Shown one piece after another: positions 13,818-29,025 of a DNA stretch of 64,000 nucleotides. The translations under genes were made by a program, and so were the position numbers. Source of the stretch: Eledone cirrhosa (lineage: Eukaryota); NCBI GenBank assembly GCA_964016885.1, contig OZ024742.1, forward strand, positions 187,612,001 to 187,676,000. Direction: 5' to 3'. Under the pieces are notes generated by a model. The model was not told where the DNA came from, searched no databases, and worked only from the letters and a program-made list of their open reading frames with translations. Within the stretch, counting starts at the first letter, position 1; each line of letters starts with the position of its first letter.

Positions 13818-14420
13818 GTAGCATTCCACCATACGAACATACTACACTGCCAGTACAGAGGAACAAGGCAACTACACACGCACACACACACACACACTCA
13901 AGCGAGACAACAACACACACACACACACAGTAACATTTTATAAACAGGCAGAGAATGGACTGACAGCTAGCGCCACCCCACTCCCTCATTCAGCCGCTGA
14001 CCTCTGCCCGACTGACCCCATTTCACGCGCACGCGCGCTCTGCCGAATACCTCAATATTCATAACAACAAACAGCGGAGGACGCGTTTCGCACCTGTCCG
14101 ACAGACAACCTTTACCCCGGGAAAAAAAACCCAAGTTGATGGATGTGAATCCGAAATATATAGGGACTATTAAGTATCTGCCAAGGTAACTCTCTCTTGT
14201 GTTGTTATTTTTATTTTATCCTTTATACTCTTCCCTTCTTTCTTCTACACATTTACACATCTTTACACACCACGCATCTCAACGTACACCCACTTACATT
14301 TCTCTCTCCACACCACCGGATCTTGTTACCCGGAGATTTACCCATTTGCATTGTCGAGGCTTCCAAACGACTTAAAGATATTTATTTATTATTCCACAAT
14401 GCTTCAAGCAAACTTCAATA

Positions 14421-14468
<48 letters not shown>

Positions 14469-14522
14469 TACATTATATATATATACATTATATATATAAA
14501 CATTGTATATATATATACACAG

Positions 14523-14589
<67 letters not shown>

Positions 14590-14904
14590 ACATTGTATAT
14601 ATATATACATTAAGTATATATATATATATACATTTTATATATACATTATATATATATACATTATATACATATACATTATATATATATATACATTATATAT
14701 ATATACATTATATATATATATATACATTATGTATATATATATATACAGTATATATATATATATATATTACTATCATATCTTTACTCCAAATATTTTTTGA
14801 GTGCTTTATATCAATTTTAAAAATATGTGCTTGTTGTATCCCAACAATTTAAATAGAACTCTTACATATATATATATATATATATATGTAAGAGTATATA
14901 TACA

Positions 14905-14962
<58 letters not shown>

Positions 14963-15004
14963 CTGTATATATATATATATATATACATAATGTATATATA
15001 TATA

Positions 15005-15077
<73 letters not shown>

Positions 15078-15080
<3 letters not shown>

Positions 15081-15472
15081 GTGTGTATAACGCATGAGAT
15101 AAAGTGTGTTTTGTGTGGTGGGTTTAGGTTTGCTGTCCTCGTTCCCCACTTTTCGATGTTGGGTATGGATAAAAAATAGTTTCCTATATTTAGGAAATCA
15201 TTTCTCTCTTAAAGACAGAATGAATGATTGTGTGAGCGGGATAACGTACGAAACGATCTCAGTATTTGACTGGTACTTAAACCAACACGGTAAGATGAAA
15301 GGCGAAGCTGACCTCCACCAGATAAACACACATATAGACACAGTTGTTCCTTACATACATTTACAGAATGTGTATACATATGTGTTAGTTTCCTAATACG
15401 CACACCTATATATATATATACATATATATAAAAAAAAATATATGTATATACATGTATATATATATATATGTA

Positions 15473-15566
<94 letters not shown>

Positions 15567-15805
15567 TATAACAAAGAGAGTGTGGGACGCTGTCGAAACG
15601 GCCAGAGCTCAGCTGTCGGGGTCCTGAATGTTATCATATATACAATATATATATGTGAACACAAAAAAATTAAAACAGAATACCGTTTTACCGTCCCAAT
15701 GATACGAACTCTTACCGATACGATTGATTTTACGATATATTTCTATTAATTTATTCGTAACAATATTCTGACCATCACGGGATTAAACATATCCGTGGCA
15801 TGAAC
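15078..15805. repeat. partner arms of the nested inverted duplication
   Basis: 15078-15399 pairs with 13446-13768; 15569-15805 pairs with 11935-12217. Confidence 0.85.
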
Positions 15806-16128
15806 CATCCAATCCCGTGACATCTACCGTTATTAGCATATGCATTTTTGAAATAGCCAGCAAAACGAGAGACGAACATTTTGTACGTTCGAACAACTCT
15901 AATGTGTAAGCGGCTGAGTATTCAGTAAATATATCTATCCTTAACACACTTTTTATGAAAACCGCTTAAAACCAACTCGTCAATTACAATATAAGCTATT
16001 TATATATATTTAAAAGCATACAACCGTAGTTTTATGTTAGAACCAAACTTCATGTCATGTTACACATACGGACTACATTACAAAATAAAAGTAATTTGTA
16101 TTATTATCATATCTCTCGAAAATCATGC

Positions 16129-16159
<31 letters not shown>

Positions 16160-16406
16160 CTATGAACGTTATAAGAAATGTATTTCCTTCGAAATATAGT
16201 TCCCAGACAGACTATGCATGATACAGCATGTCAGTAGCTGACAAATTGTCTTCAGTAGATACCGCAAACGCCCACATTTTTATGTCTACAAAATTTCGTT
16301 CACATGTTAAGTTCACATGTTAAGTTAAAGAGACCTATGTTTTTTTTTCTTCTCATTCCGAGCGGATGAACCTTTCACCTTTTAATAACGAAGGAAAGCA
16401 TATATA

Positions 16407-16860
16407 CAGGTGTATTCAATTGATTTGCGACTTCTAAAGCAGTGTACACAATGTGTGCAGAAAACATTTTTTATAAATGTCGAAAACATCGTTCAGCACG
16501 TAAGTTTGGTGCAAATTAAGAAGTCTGTGGTTTTCTCTGAGCAATTCTATAGGATTTATTTCTGTCTGCTACAATTGGTACTGTCATCAACTGGTGTGTT
16601 GAATGCAAGGATTTCAAATGAAAGCTAACATTTCCATTTAGCTGGACAAATGAATATGTGTAAGCATGTGGTGTTTTCTACAATATGAATACATTGTTTT
16701 CGATATCATTTTACCAACGAAGACATGGCAAATATATTATATTTCAAGTTATCCCCCCAAAACTATTTCTTTCTCTATGTGTGTGTTGGAACTCCACCAC
16801 TTTCGACGAGTATTCCAGTTGGTCGAACAAAGGAAACATCTGTTCGTGAAATTGGCGTGA
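16407..16860 (+). mobile_element. decayed Tc1/mariner left end
   Basis: TA-CAGGTGT start; frameshifted PPLSTSI..W..KETSV resembles an N-terminal HTH region. Confidence 0.4.
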
Positions 16861-17100
16861 CACAGTTGGGGATATGTCTTACCATTTGAATAAGAGGTAG
16901 TACTATGTGAAAGAACGCAAAGTATAACTGTGTATTGAACTCACTACCTTATGTTCTTGAAACGAAGGCCCTGACCACAAATCTACAACGCCTTTACACA
17001 CACTTCTCTGGAGGTAATCATCTGTGTTCAGAACTGAGTGCGTCCAGGGTTATCTGTAATGATGGCGACCCTGCGACTCAAAGAAGAATGTATGTCTCGT

Positions 17101-17131
<31 letters not shown>

Positions 17132-17624
17132 CACGTGTGTGTAGTTTAGTCTATGAAAAATGTTTTGTGTATATACGGATTCATTTATTCATTACACACA
17201 CACATATATTCTGGTTTATCCTGTCCACAAATCTATACATTCCATCGACCCCGTAACATTATACGTGTACTTTTATTATGCATGCCACTTCACAGGTCTG
17301 GTTTAGTTATTTTCAATAACTAAATCGATTCTCGGGTACTTATTGCATGGTATTGTGAAATCAATTCTTTTGCCGCATAAATATACCTGCAGCCCAAAGC
17401 AAATGACCACAATTATAGTCGAAGGCAATGAATTTTAGGGAAAGGCAGGAAATATTGACAGAAGTGCCAGCGTAGCATCAAGAGATGTGAAGTTCGATTC
17501 CAAGGAGGGATACCAGTCTAATTTGTTTTTTGTATCCAGGGGTATTAAAAACTCATTAGCATTTGATACATAGAAAAGGATGCTCGCTGAAACCGCCTTA
17601 CCTCGGGGTCGATCTTGTACATAG

Positions 17625-17691
<67 letters not shown>

Positions 17692-17713
17692 GTGTGCGTA
17701 GTTTATATATATA

Positions 17714-18090
17714 CTGGATGTGCCACTAAAATCTATACATACTTCACATACTTCAACAGCAAATAAAGATGTTTTAAAGTAAATCGTTTTATCAGTATTA
17801 TTTAAACTATGTAAACATTTTGGGGAGTTTACATACTATTGAATTATGCTTGTAGGTCATTTTACTTTTGGGCAAGGTTGTGCATTCTAATACATATTTT
17901 CTGTACTAGAGGAAAACGAATCGTAGAAGCTTGCCTCTTATCTTCATGGGTTGTGGAACTCTTCTTTGCCAGACGTCAAAGCTCTTTCGTCAATTTGCAC
18001 TTGACTTACTCATGGACACATACGTGCTTAGAACTTTTGTCATTGCTTCAGAAAATAAAGTCTTGAGAAAAAGGAGAGTGTACGAGACTA
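17714..18090 (+). mobile_element. decayed Tc1/mariner left end
   Basis: TA-CTGGATGTGCCACTAAAA TIR-like start; remnants KRIVEA..LFRQF..EKKESV. Confidence 0.4.
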
Positions 18091-18625
18091 ATTTATTTAC
18101 AATTAATCAATGATTGTATACATTGTTTACATGTTTATATCTATCTATCTATATAAAGTAATTGTAATCTGAGTTTTTCGAATATTAATAATAACATTCA
18201 ATCCGTTTGCAATTATGCAAACAACCCTCCACTTTATAGTCATGTCAGTAGAATGAACACTTCATTCTTGCTCTTATGGTTGGCATACGAACAGAACTGC
18301 ATTTTTCTTTTTTATATACATAAAGAATTTTCATAAAATTGTAGGGAGTTCAGTGTGGTGGCAGTTGTGAGCAGCTACATGCTATGTGCATAGCAAAAAT
18401 ACGAGCTCCATTCCTCTTTTCTTTCTCTCATTTCTTATCTCATGCTTTAGACTCCCTTTCTTCCATTCTCTCCCTTTCTCCGTTCCACTCAATATGTGGT
18501 TACATTTTAACCTGACTTTTGTATGAACATACAAATCAGCTGTTCACAGCTACCCCACACTGATATTCCTACAGCTTTATTAAAATTCATATACACACAT
18601 CGTTACAAATCTTTTCAGTTAATGT

Positions 18626-18696
<71 letters not shown>

Positions 18697-19704
18697 ATTA
18701 AACAAAGATCTCTATTAGGCGGATATAAATTAGACTAAGTGAAATAAGGCAGGTTGATAATTCATCTTTATATTTCATCCTTTCATTGGAATGTCTAATA
18801 TTACAGACTCAGGGACGATTCTTCCTCTTTGTCTCTTTCTCATTTCCTTTGTCTCACTCTCTATCCTTTGCTGGAAAAAATCTGGTGTTTTCAGATCTGG
18901 AGAGGAGATGCGCTCCGCCAGGTTTAACAACACCCTAGAATCGCAGTTTGGAAATAACGCGCCCTTACGATTCCCTTAAAAGTTGCGGGTCCATAGAATT
19001 CATTTTCTTCTGCTGAATGGACTGTAGCCTCATGAAATAATGTCTTGTTCAAGGATGTATGAATTGGTCAAAATTACACCCTTATTTAAGTGATCCGAAA
19101 ATTTAACAACTCATATACGCCTCTCTACAATTATACAAAATATTAATACAAACAGTAAATTAAATACAAACTACATAACTACAAATGCCACAATAAGAAA
19201 ACTCGTTCACTTTAGTCTGTCTGGTTATCTTCCTGTTATTTTATTATTAATAGTCTGAAATATTTAATTTCTAGTTTCGAGTTAATTACAGGAGCGCTCC
19301 AGAGCAATAATCTTAAAGAAAGATGTTACATTAGAATGAACGATGTCTTTTTGCAGCGCCTTAATACTTCAATATTATTACATGCCAATCTCTTACATAT
19401 CAAATAGTTACATAATTATACATGGCAATGACACAATGAACTGGAACTAGTAAAACAATGAATTATTTTATATCTTCAGTGTCTTTAGATTATATTCGTT
19501 ATTTCAATAAATCCAATCGTTTTACTATCGAACAAATAACTTTAAAACAAATTGTTTTATTTTCCTTGAGTCAATATATGCGGTAGTCTATATTTTTGTT
19601 CGGGAATCCTGTCAACAAAACATACATGGCACCAGAAGTTCTGGTATCTAGATACGAAGCATTGACAATTTCAAATAGTATTTATAGTTCTTTTCCCTTA
19701 TTTA

Positions 19705-19767
<63 letters not shown>

Positions 19768-19832
19768 CCGTACTAAGAGTGAGAAACGAAATTTCGTTTC
19801 ATCTTTTTTCCATATATATATATATATATATA

Positions 19833-20586
19833 TATGAAAAACATAAAATAAGAAAATTATAGTAATTAACTTACTTACTTAAATTTCACTCCAACTAATT
19901 AGTTTCTGAAAGTGAATATACATAGTCTCCAAATAATGGAGCCATGGAGAAACCTTTTCTTCATCTGGGAGTCATTCTCAGCTAAGATACCTGGCGATGC
20001 GCGGACACAGGGAACTTGCATAGGTATACATCTGTATATATATGTTGGTAGATATACTAATTCTTTATAATTATCTCCAAATTATTTTGTTGAGCAAAAA
20101 TTTGCCAAAATTGCTACTATAGTTCATAGTAGCAGCTTGGCTACTGTCTTTTTAACACCCCTCTCCTCACTGATTAACCTCGATATCATGTGATTGATTC
20201 TTTTGAATTTGCCACCGAACACGATGGCAGTAATTTTTTCAGTGTCTTGGAATTTAGTCCCCGCTTGCTCTTTTCCATTCACTGAATTATTTTGGGATAA
20301 GTTCCCTGAGTCCTCGCATCGCCAGGTATCTTAGCTGAGAATGACTCCCTGATGAATAAAATGTTTCTACATGTCTCCATTTGGAGACTATGTATATTTC
20401 CTTTCAGAAACTAATTAGTTGGAGTGAAATTTAAGTAAGTAAACTAATTAGTATAATTTTCTGATTTTACGTTTTTCATATACTTGTTCTGCATTGAACC
20501 AAAAAGTTACTAAGACAAAACCTATATATTTGCTTGTATAGGTATACATCTGTATATATATGTTGGTAGATATACTAATTCTTTAT
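19833..20586. mobile_element. Penelope-like insertion with inverted arms 19833-20017 and 20299-20481
   Basis: Inverted arms carry hammerheads; 50-bp direct repeat at about 20018-20068 and 20537-20586; (TA)n flanks. Confidence 0.8.
20344..20425 (+). ncRNA. type I hammerhead ribozyme with long stem II
   Basis: actcc-CTGATGA(20349)-..gtctcca tt tggagac..-GAAA(20407)-CTAATTAG palindrome-TT-ggagt. Confidence 0.8.
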
Positions 20587-20656
20587 ATATATATATATAT
20601 ATATATACATATATACATATATATATATGTGTGTGTGTGTGTATGTATATATATAT

Positions 20657-21333
20657 ATCAACTAGAAATTGATTGAATCATATATATCTAAAATAAACAC
20701 ATGAAAAATCACAGGGGATAATTTGTAAAGTGTGTAAGCACACACAGCTAGGTAGGTAACTAATTAAAGGTTAACTAGAACTTCAAATATGATTAATCTT
20801 CCTTGTATATATTTCATAAAAGAAATATATTTCACCATTAATCCGTAAATCACAATAGTCAATCCTGGATATTTAACAGGGGAGGAGATTTAACTATCTG
20901 TGTTTACACAGCAAATGCAAATCTGCGAATGATCCGTAGCACGAGTTGCTTTTTTAAAAAAATACACACATCGTACCAACGTCAGCCCAGTGGCGTGAAT
21001 AGGATTATCGGCATCTAGAAATAGCAGCCGAGCATGTTCAACTGAGTTAGCTCTACAATTAAGGAGCCGTATATATATATATATCCGAAATTAAATTAAG
21101 TTCTAGTTAAACTTGAATTAGTTACCTACCTATCTGTGTGTGCTTACTCACTTTACAAATTATGCCCTATGATTGTTTCATGTGTTTGTTTTAGATATAT
21201 ATATATATATGTGTCAATCAATTTCTAGTTGATATAAAATGCTCGGATCTATTCATTGGAATCTTTGAGCTTATTCTACAGTGGATATGGCGCATGTCTT
21301 TCGGACATGACACCCTTAATTTAATTTTGGATA
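20657..21333. repeat. inverted-repeat element without a visible ribozyme core
   Basis: Arms 20657-20783 and 21098-21233; second short pair at about 21083-21100 and 21314-21333; (TA)n flanks. Confidence 0.75.
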
Positions 21334-21393
21334 TATATATATATATATGCATGCATGTATGCAGGACATTTGGTCTCATTTATCATATATATA

Positions 21394-21705
21394 TGGCTCT
21401 GTGGCTAGAGCGTTGCGCTTACAATTGAGAGGTTGTTAATTCGATCCTCGGATCGGATGGTGCGTTGTGTCCTTGAGCAGGACACTTTATTTCATGTTGC
21501 TCCAGTTTGATCAGCTGTAGAAATGAGTTACCACATCACTGATTGCCTCTCTCTTGGACAACATTGGTGGTGTTCAGAGGGGTGACCGTTATGCATTAGT
21601 GACAGCTAGTCTTTCACAAACATTTCCCCGACTTGTGCCTCGCAGGGGAACTTTCTAGGTAGAAATCCCAAGGTCACTCGTTGCCAAAGAGAGACTTTAC
21701 GTTAC
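21394..21705 (+). mobile_element. tRNA-derived SINE (second family)
   Basis: A-box tggctctgtggctagagc, B-box aattcgatcc, body gtgtccttgagcaggacactttatttcatgttgctccag; reverse copy at about 55980-56260. Confidence 0.8.
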
Positions 21706-22254
21706 GCAGACTCATATATAAGTGTATATGTGTGGAGTTTGTCCTGTTCATGTTACTACTTTAGTGTTCGATATGTACCAATCTCTGTTCTTGTACTTGT
21801 GTTAGATCTTCACCCAATGTAATAATTTCACTATCAATAATCTGTAATGAGATGCAGATTCTTCCCTTTTCCTCTGTCACGTTATCAGTTTCTTTGCACT
21901 CTGCTTCTCACGAGACCCTATCATTTCTTTTCGACTGCTGACATCACACCGCTTGGACATCGTCAGTACCTTTCTTGCCAAGATTTTTTGCCAAAAGGCA
22001 TCGAAGTACATTTCTACCCGTCACTCATCTGTACATCTTTTGTTTTCTTGTCCGATATTTTAGTTTCTCGTTACACGTCATCCCCGTGTAAAATATGGCA
22101 AGTTCGGTTTTTAAATATATCTTTAACGTTTGCGTTTTCTGCTATATTTTACACTAGGTGTACTTCCTTTAAAATATTACAAAACGGTGTTTACATATAT
22201 TGTTACACAATGTAATCAATACAGTAAACCTGCCAACTATTACTTATAGTCGTT

Positions 22255-22615
22255 AAAGAATACGATCGCGAATACAAGCGGCCGAAATGGCGTTCCTCCG
22301 CAGGGTGTTTGCAATAACGTTATTCGTTAGATTGCATAGCTCTGAAATCAGAGCGCCACTGCCAGCTCCGGTACTAAAGGCATATGGTCAGAATTTCACA
22401 GGGCTGGATAGATTTTGCCGGCGACACCAGCTGGCAGGAGACACAGGGGTAGACCCCGAGCAACATGGTTTGATAACATTCATGGGGCTTGGATGATCAC
22501 GCTTGGGGATCCAGCTGGATCGGATCGAGACGTTTACAGCCGACAGGACGCGCTGGAAGGAGTGTTTGAGGAGTCTGCCCCAACGAACCTCTCAGGAATA
22601 ATTGGGTAAAGAAGG
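22255..22615 (+). mobile_element. RTE (Expander/Rex3-like) LINE 3' fragment
   Basis: RIRSRIQAAEMAFLRRV..SSEIR..PAGRRHRGRPRATWFDNI; same family at 62320-62555. Confidence 0.85.
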
Positions 22616-22855
22616 CACTGATGTCCAAAGAGCGTGAAACTGCGGACATCCATTTTGACAAACAATGACTCCGGTGTCATTTCATTCATAATAACACCTT
22701 TGTGTCCCTATTTATAAATCATGATTTATTCGTCCGTTCCAGCATCCCTGTGCATTTCTCACAAAATGTGTTGCTTTTCTTTGCTATTAAAGTGACTCAA
22801 AGCTATTTTTCGCCCCTTGCCCCCTTAATTTACACACACACACACACACACACAC

Positions 22856-22932
<77 letters not shown>

Positions 22933-23495
22933 CGTGTATGACAGATGTCTAAAGAATTATATGCGCTAGACAATTTTGAAGGGGGTGGGATATGAAGGAA
23001 ATCAGATTAAAGAAAAAAAATTAGCATTGATGATAATTTAGAAATCTTGAGAAAAGATAGCATTTCTGAGATGAAAATCATGTTGAATAACACAATATAT
23101 TGATTTTTTTCTCTTCTCCTCCGTGACATTTTTGCCAACTGACTCTGTCACAATTTTGCAAAGATTAATGGAATTTTTGTAGCGAATAATGTTAAATTTA
23201 TAGTGTTCAAATTCTTTCACTAATGTTTTAAACATTATAAAATAGACTAGTCTCTGCTGCATATTCTTAAAAAGAAAATCACGTTCGGAATGTGTAATAA
23301 AACGAAACGAAACTGAATAGAAGTATTATATGTTCTCCACTCTTTCTTTTCGCTTGCGCATTTGTCTGGTGATGTAACTATTTGGGGAATAGTAATGTAA
23401 ACACATTTTTCTTGGTCCCCACTCAACATAGCTGACTGAGAAAGATATACGTATATATGTATGCATATATATATACATATATGTGTGCGTGTGTG

Positions 23496-23554
<59 letters not shown>

Positions 23555-23578
23555 ATAAATATATATATATATATATAT

Positions 23579-23614
<36 letters not shown>

Positions 23615-23830
23615 TATAGCAGTAATCTGTTTCCGTTAGTTGCATTTGTGTAACTTGAAATCGAAGACTGTCAACACACTGATTTTCGACCCAGCATATG
23701 AATAGCTTTTCATAGATTTTCTGTGCTGATCAAGCGTAGGTACTATGAATGGTAATTCCCGCAGTATTTATATAGAAATGAATAAATAACACACTCTCTC
23801 TCTCTCGCTCACTCTCTCTCTCTCTCTCTG

Positions 23831-23896
<66 letters not shown>

Positions 23897-24079
23897 CATA
23901 TAAATCAGTATATAGAGAAGTTCACATTGAGGTATGTGTTTGAGTTCATTAATGTGATTAGTGTGAGTCTTTAACTCCGTTTTTTATTATATATATATAT
24001 ATATATATAATAAAAAACGGAGTTAATAATAATATATATAATAAAAAACGGAGTCTTTAAATCCGTTTTTTATTACATA

Positions 24080-24359
<280 letters not shown>

Positions 24360-24386
24360 TATATGCATATATATATATATATACAC

Positions 24387-24449
<63 letters not shown>

Positions 24450-24451
24450 CA

Positions 24452-25970
24452 TAATGTAAATAATAATCAAAGTGTGTTTAATCTTTCAAACATTTAATAT
24501 CTAACGATCGTTTCATCCTGGCGCTAGGCATCTTTCATCGGAGTTATTACAAAAGTTAAACAAAATATGAGATCAAAACTTTGCTTTAATAACATATTAT
24601 GAGAGGTTGGTTAGATAAGCGCAAACATTAATATTTATTTTATATAAGGTAACTGAGGCGGAAAAGATATGAAAAATAGAGGCAGATAAACTCAAATAAA
24701 ATAAAATACATGTGGTTACAGATAAATGAGGTACAGTAAAAATGATATATGATATATAGTTGTGGATAAAATTGATGCTAAATAAGTTAGTAATACGAGA
24801 CAGAGGAAACATGCATTTCAAAATAAAGCTTAGGATTTAAGCATTTTTTAAAATATTAAAACGGTTAGATCTACGCATAGCATAGCATGGGATTACAAAC
24901 AGGTGGTCGACCACACAATTCAGCCATAATAACAATTTTTTCCTCAAAAGGTCCAAAGGAGTTACGTTGTGTGGAATAAACAAATAAAACGATCAAACCT
25001 TCAAGGTGAAGAAAAACTCAATATAAATGAAGTATTATAAGTGAGGTATTTGAAACACTTCATCTAAGGCATTATATAGTTCAATTGAGCAGATTAAATC
25101 ATATACATATCAAGAATATAAAAATATAACTTAACATAAAATTTAAAGATGTTTAGAAGGCAATCCTTAAAAATACAGTTAAATCAAAATAAAGGGGAGG
25201 TAATTCATGTAACAGATACTAGATATTGGAGAGCTAAGGTCAATAAATAAATTTAAAAAAAACAGAAACATTTAATATGTAGAGATGTATGAGGATCGAA
25301 TTAGAAAAAGTCAAGGGTTAATGATGGCAAAAATATCGAACTTTAAAAAATTTAAAAAATAACAAGTTAAAAAGAAATCATATATGTATACATAAATGTT
25401 ACGCATTATTAAAAAAAAAAATTGTGTATACTTAAAATGTTAAACAATATCAAAGGAAAGGAAATGTATAAACTAATAGAATAGTATGTATTAATACATA
25501 TAGAGGGTGAGGTGATGGTGTTTATGAAATTATTAGCCAAAAGTAAGGATAAGTTAGGCTTGTGAAATAAGTTGCCTAAAAGTGATGTGCTGGTTATAGT
25601 GAAATGTAGTGGTTATAGAAAATATTAGTCAAAGTAAGAATCTGTGACGAGATATGTGAGAACTAGTAGACATTATAAAGTTGTTAAATATATATATATA
25701 TGTTTTCTGCCAAGGCTATCTTATACAAATATTAATGCTTGCGCTTATCTAATCTCTCGTATTATGTAGCATCCAAATGTTCTTGAGGCAAACTTTTGTT
25801 GTTATATTTGTATTTAACTTTTGTAATCTACCTTGTGCTCGGATGAAACGATGGTTATTAAATGTTTGAAAGATTAAACACTCTTTGATTATTATTTACA
25901 TTGTATTTCGGCTCTGTATTACATCGAGCTATATTCATACTTGTAACTGGGTAATATTTAACATTACTCA
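24452..25970. mobile_element. 1.5-kb Penelope-like relic with diverged terminal inverted arms
   Basis: About 24452-24650 is inverted at about 25720-25905; hammerhead in the left arm, partial one in the right arm. Confidence 0.65.
24495..24549 (-). ncRNA. hammerhead motif with U4C change
   Basis: Minus: taataact-CCGATGA-aagatgcctagcgccaggat-GAAA-CGATCG-TT-agatatta. Confidence 0.65.
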
Positions 25971-26021
25971 ACACACACACACACGCTCACGCGCGTGTGT
26001 ATGTGTATATATATAAACATG

Positions 26022-26053
<32 letters not shown>

Positions 26054-26231
26054 AATCTAAGATTAATTTGTCTCTAAAAATGAGAGAAATCTCTTAGAGA
26101 AGCAATATTATATATTAAAATTGAGGAAAACTCTAATTATGGGAGTATAAACCAAATAGACAAAAAAGGTATTGTCTTCCTATGTCTATCTTGATTGATT
26201 AGATGTTTTTCTCAATTAATTTTACAATATA

Positions 26232-26269
<38 letters not shown>

Positions 26270-26272
<3 letters not shown>

Positions 26273-26384
26273 ATTTATTCCGGGTTGAAACGGAGGTAAC
26301 CACAGTAAGTAAGGTACTCAATACATAGCAGAGTATAAAGGTTTTATGATAGAAGAGCTTCTACAGGGCTAGAACTGTTTCATT

Positions 26385-26390
<6 letters not shown>
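26270..26390 (-). mobile_element. Penelope-like 3' end with hammerhead 3' half
   Basis: Minus: GAAA-cag ttctagcc ctg-TA-gaagc ... tattGAGTACcttac ... (TA)n. Confidence 0.55.
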
Positions 26391-26462
<72 letters not shown>

Positions 26463-28232
26463 CGGGTAGGGGGGGGGAGCACAAATCAACCTCTCTGGTT
26501 GATTTTTATTTCATTTAACGTCTCCGGACGGATGGAATCGAAAGTTGATCTCGGCATGAATTGAACTCGGGACGCACAAAGCTGAAATAACTGCGGTAAA
26601 GTGTTCTGTCCGAAGCCTTAATGAATTTAACGAGTTGTCGCTTATAAATATTATAGGAAAACTGGTAATATGGAATAATTTTCAAATTATAGCAATACTA
26701 TTTTATTCTTGTACGGATTTTTCAATTGACTGCGGTGGTTATACTGTGATAAGTCTTGAAGAGGATTTAGTCGACCACTCGGCTACGGAAATTAATAATA
26801 TGAATGTGTGTGTATGTGCAAGTATGAATGCTATTGTATGTGTGTATCATTTTATATGTGCATGTTTTGTAGTTATTATATGCAGAATGCTTTTAATGTT
26901 TTACATTTTTTTTTTCCATTAATGGATTCTATTAGTAGCTGCTCCCCAGTCGTGTTCTTTCTGCTTTTGTGAAGCCAAGCTTCTCAATATTTGTACCGTA
27001 TGCATGTATGTATGTCCGTCTGTAACTCTTTAAAATGCATGCACGATACATTTCCTATCATATTTCCACTATAAATTTTCTTTCCGATCACAAGATCTTG
27101 ATTGTTCATATGTCCAATAAACCGTGTTACATAAGGCATAGCAAGACTGGGTTTCAAATATTTAATGTTGCCGGAGTATCTGGTAAGATTTAGGCAAATG
27201 CTTCTTTCTTTTCAATGTTTCTATGTTTCAATGCCCACGCGATGAAGCATGCCAATATTATACATTGGGTGAGGCACATATTTAAACATGTATGCATATA
27301 TATGCTCTCTGTCTGTCTCACTCACTCACTTACACACACAGTGGATTTTCTGGTTGTCTAGCAGAGCTTTGTTGTCCATCACATATATCTGTCTGTACAC
27401 ACTCACTCACTGGATTTCTGATTGTCTGGCTGGGCTGCTTACCTGTCCACAACATACATATCCTCGCAATATGTATATATGTATACGTACATATATACAC
27501 ATACAGCGCATCTGTCTGCGCACGCACATCAACTCATACATATAATACATATATGCAGACATACATACACATATGCTGATCTATTGAATATTCAATGTAT
27601 TTTCTTGGCGATAATGCACCAAAAATGGCAGCTATATATTTCAAAGTTCGTGCCTATTCAGTTACTTTATATTGCAAATGGAGGATGTAAGTGCGCAGTG
27701 TCAAATAAGTTCATTTTCCTCTCTAAGGTTATAGCCGCAGGCTTAAAGGATATTGTAAGCCAGACATTAATATAAATATGTCAGTCCATTTACGATGTTT
27801 TTAGCCTTTTTTGTTTGTTTGTTTGAGAGTCGGTAACATCAAGTCAATTTTGCAAATGGCGCCCACGAATGATATTTTTTTTCAAAAATTTGTTTTTCAT
27901 ATTTTGAGTTGTCGTATGGAATCAATTCTTTATAATCTGTTAGAGTAGTCGTTTCTCTATTTATGACCTAGAATGATACTACTCACGAGTGTGCTTCATG
28001 TTTGTATTTCTTTTACAAGATGTGAAATTGTGTGTTAAAACAATATTATACTGCTATTGAAAACACACGTCCTAGTTTAATTTTACTTTGGTTTTCATTA
28101 TTTGTCAGGTAACTAATCGTTTCTTTGGTTTGTTAATAAACAAATATTCAATAATTTGGAGAACTTCTTTCATCATTCTCTGATCACCTCAATTCCTGTT
28201 CTGGTATTCTGTGTCTCATCATTTAAATTTTG

Positions 28233-28656
28233 GAAGAGTCTATTTTGCCGGTCCGCGTAAAATAGATCCCCAGGCTATTTTGCCTGAGGATCTATTATAT
28301 AGTTGCAACCCTTTAAGGTATGAGTTTAAATCCTACCGAAATTAGCTTTGCCTTTCATCCTTGATGAAATAAAGCAACAATAATGCACTGGAGTCGACTT
28401 AATTCACATTCCCCCCCGCTAAAATTGTTGGCCCTGTGCCTAAATGAGAAACCATTATTATCAAGGCATATAATGTTAAAACTAACAACACACAGATTTA
28501 ACACGGAATTTTATTTATTTTCACCAATTATTAAAACAATTTAAGCCCTAACCCATAACCTAACCCAACTGTAACACTGTATTTACCAGAGACCGGTAAA
28601 ATAAGCTTTAAAAGCCTGATTGTCTATTTTACCGGGACCGGCAAAGTATCCTATTC
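28233..28656. mobile_element. MITE-like element with nested SINE (about 28310-28460)
   Basis: Imperfect TIRs tattttgccggtccgcgtaaaataga / tctattttaccgggaccggcaaagta; internal taaccc-like repeats. Confidence 0.6.
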
Positions 28657-29025
28657 ATTCGATTTTTGCTTAACCAAGTGATGATTGGAATGTTTGCCTG
28701 CCTCATAATAACAGAAGTGAAAGTCAACTAGTGCGTGTGTTAGCAACATGACCGTCATAAACTGAATCTAACCGCACACACGTTGAAGCGTGTATACATT
28801 TCTATTGTTTCTAGACAGGAATCTGCTATGATTACTGTTGGTGATAATGGCACTGGCCGCTAGATAGGGTTATATATCATTGCAGATAAAACGAATGTTT
28901 CACTGAGTAATAAGAAAGCGTATTCTCATTCATTCACTCACTCATACATATAACGTGTGTGTGTGTATATATAAATGTATACTATTTCTATGGGGTTCGG
29001 CTGTTTGTTTGGATATATGTATGTA

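Noticed and set aside
14128-14166. Hammerhead-like ccaagttga-tggatgtgaatcc-GAAA-tata-TA-ggg
   Set aside because: The 5' core is not CTGAnGA; too decayed to call.
28545-28568. Telomere-like taaccc repeats
   Set aside because: Only 3 degenerate units, inside a MITE-like element.
28815-28865. Possible terminal exon after ttgtttctag (QESAMITVGDNGTGR*)
   Set aside because: Short, with no recognisable homology; such sites occur by chance.
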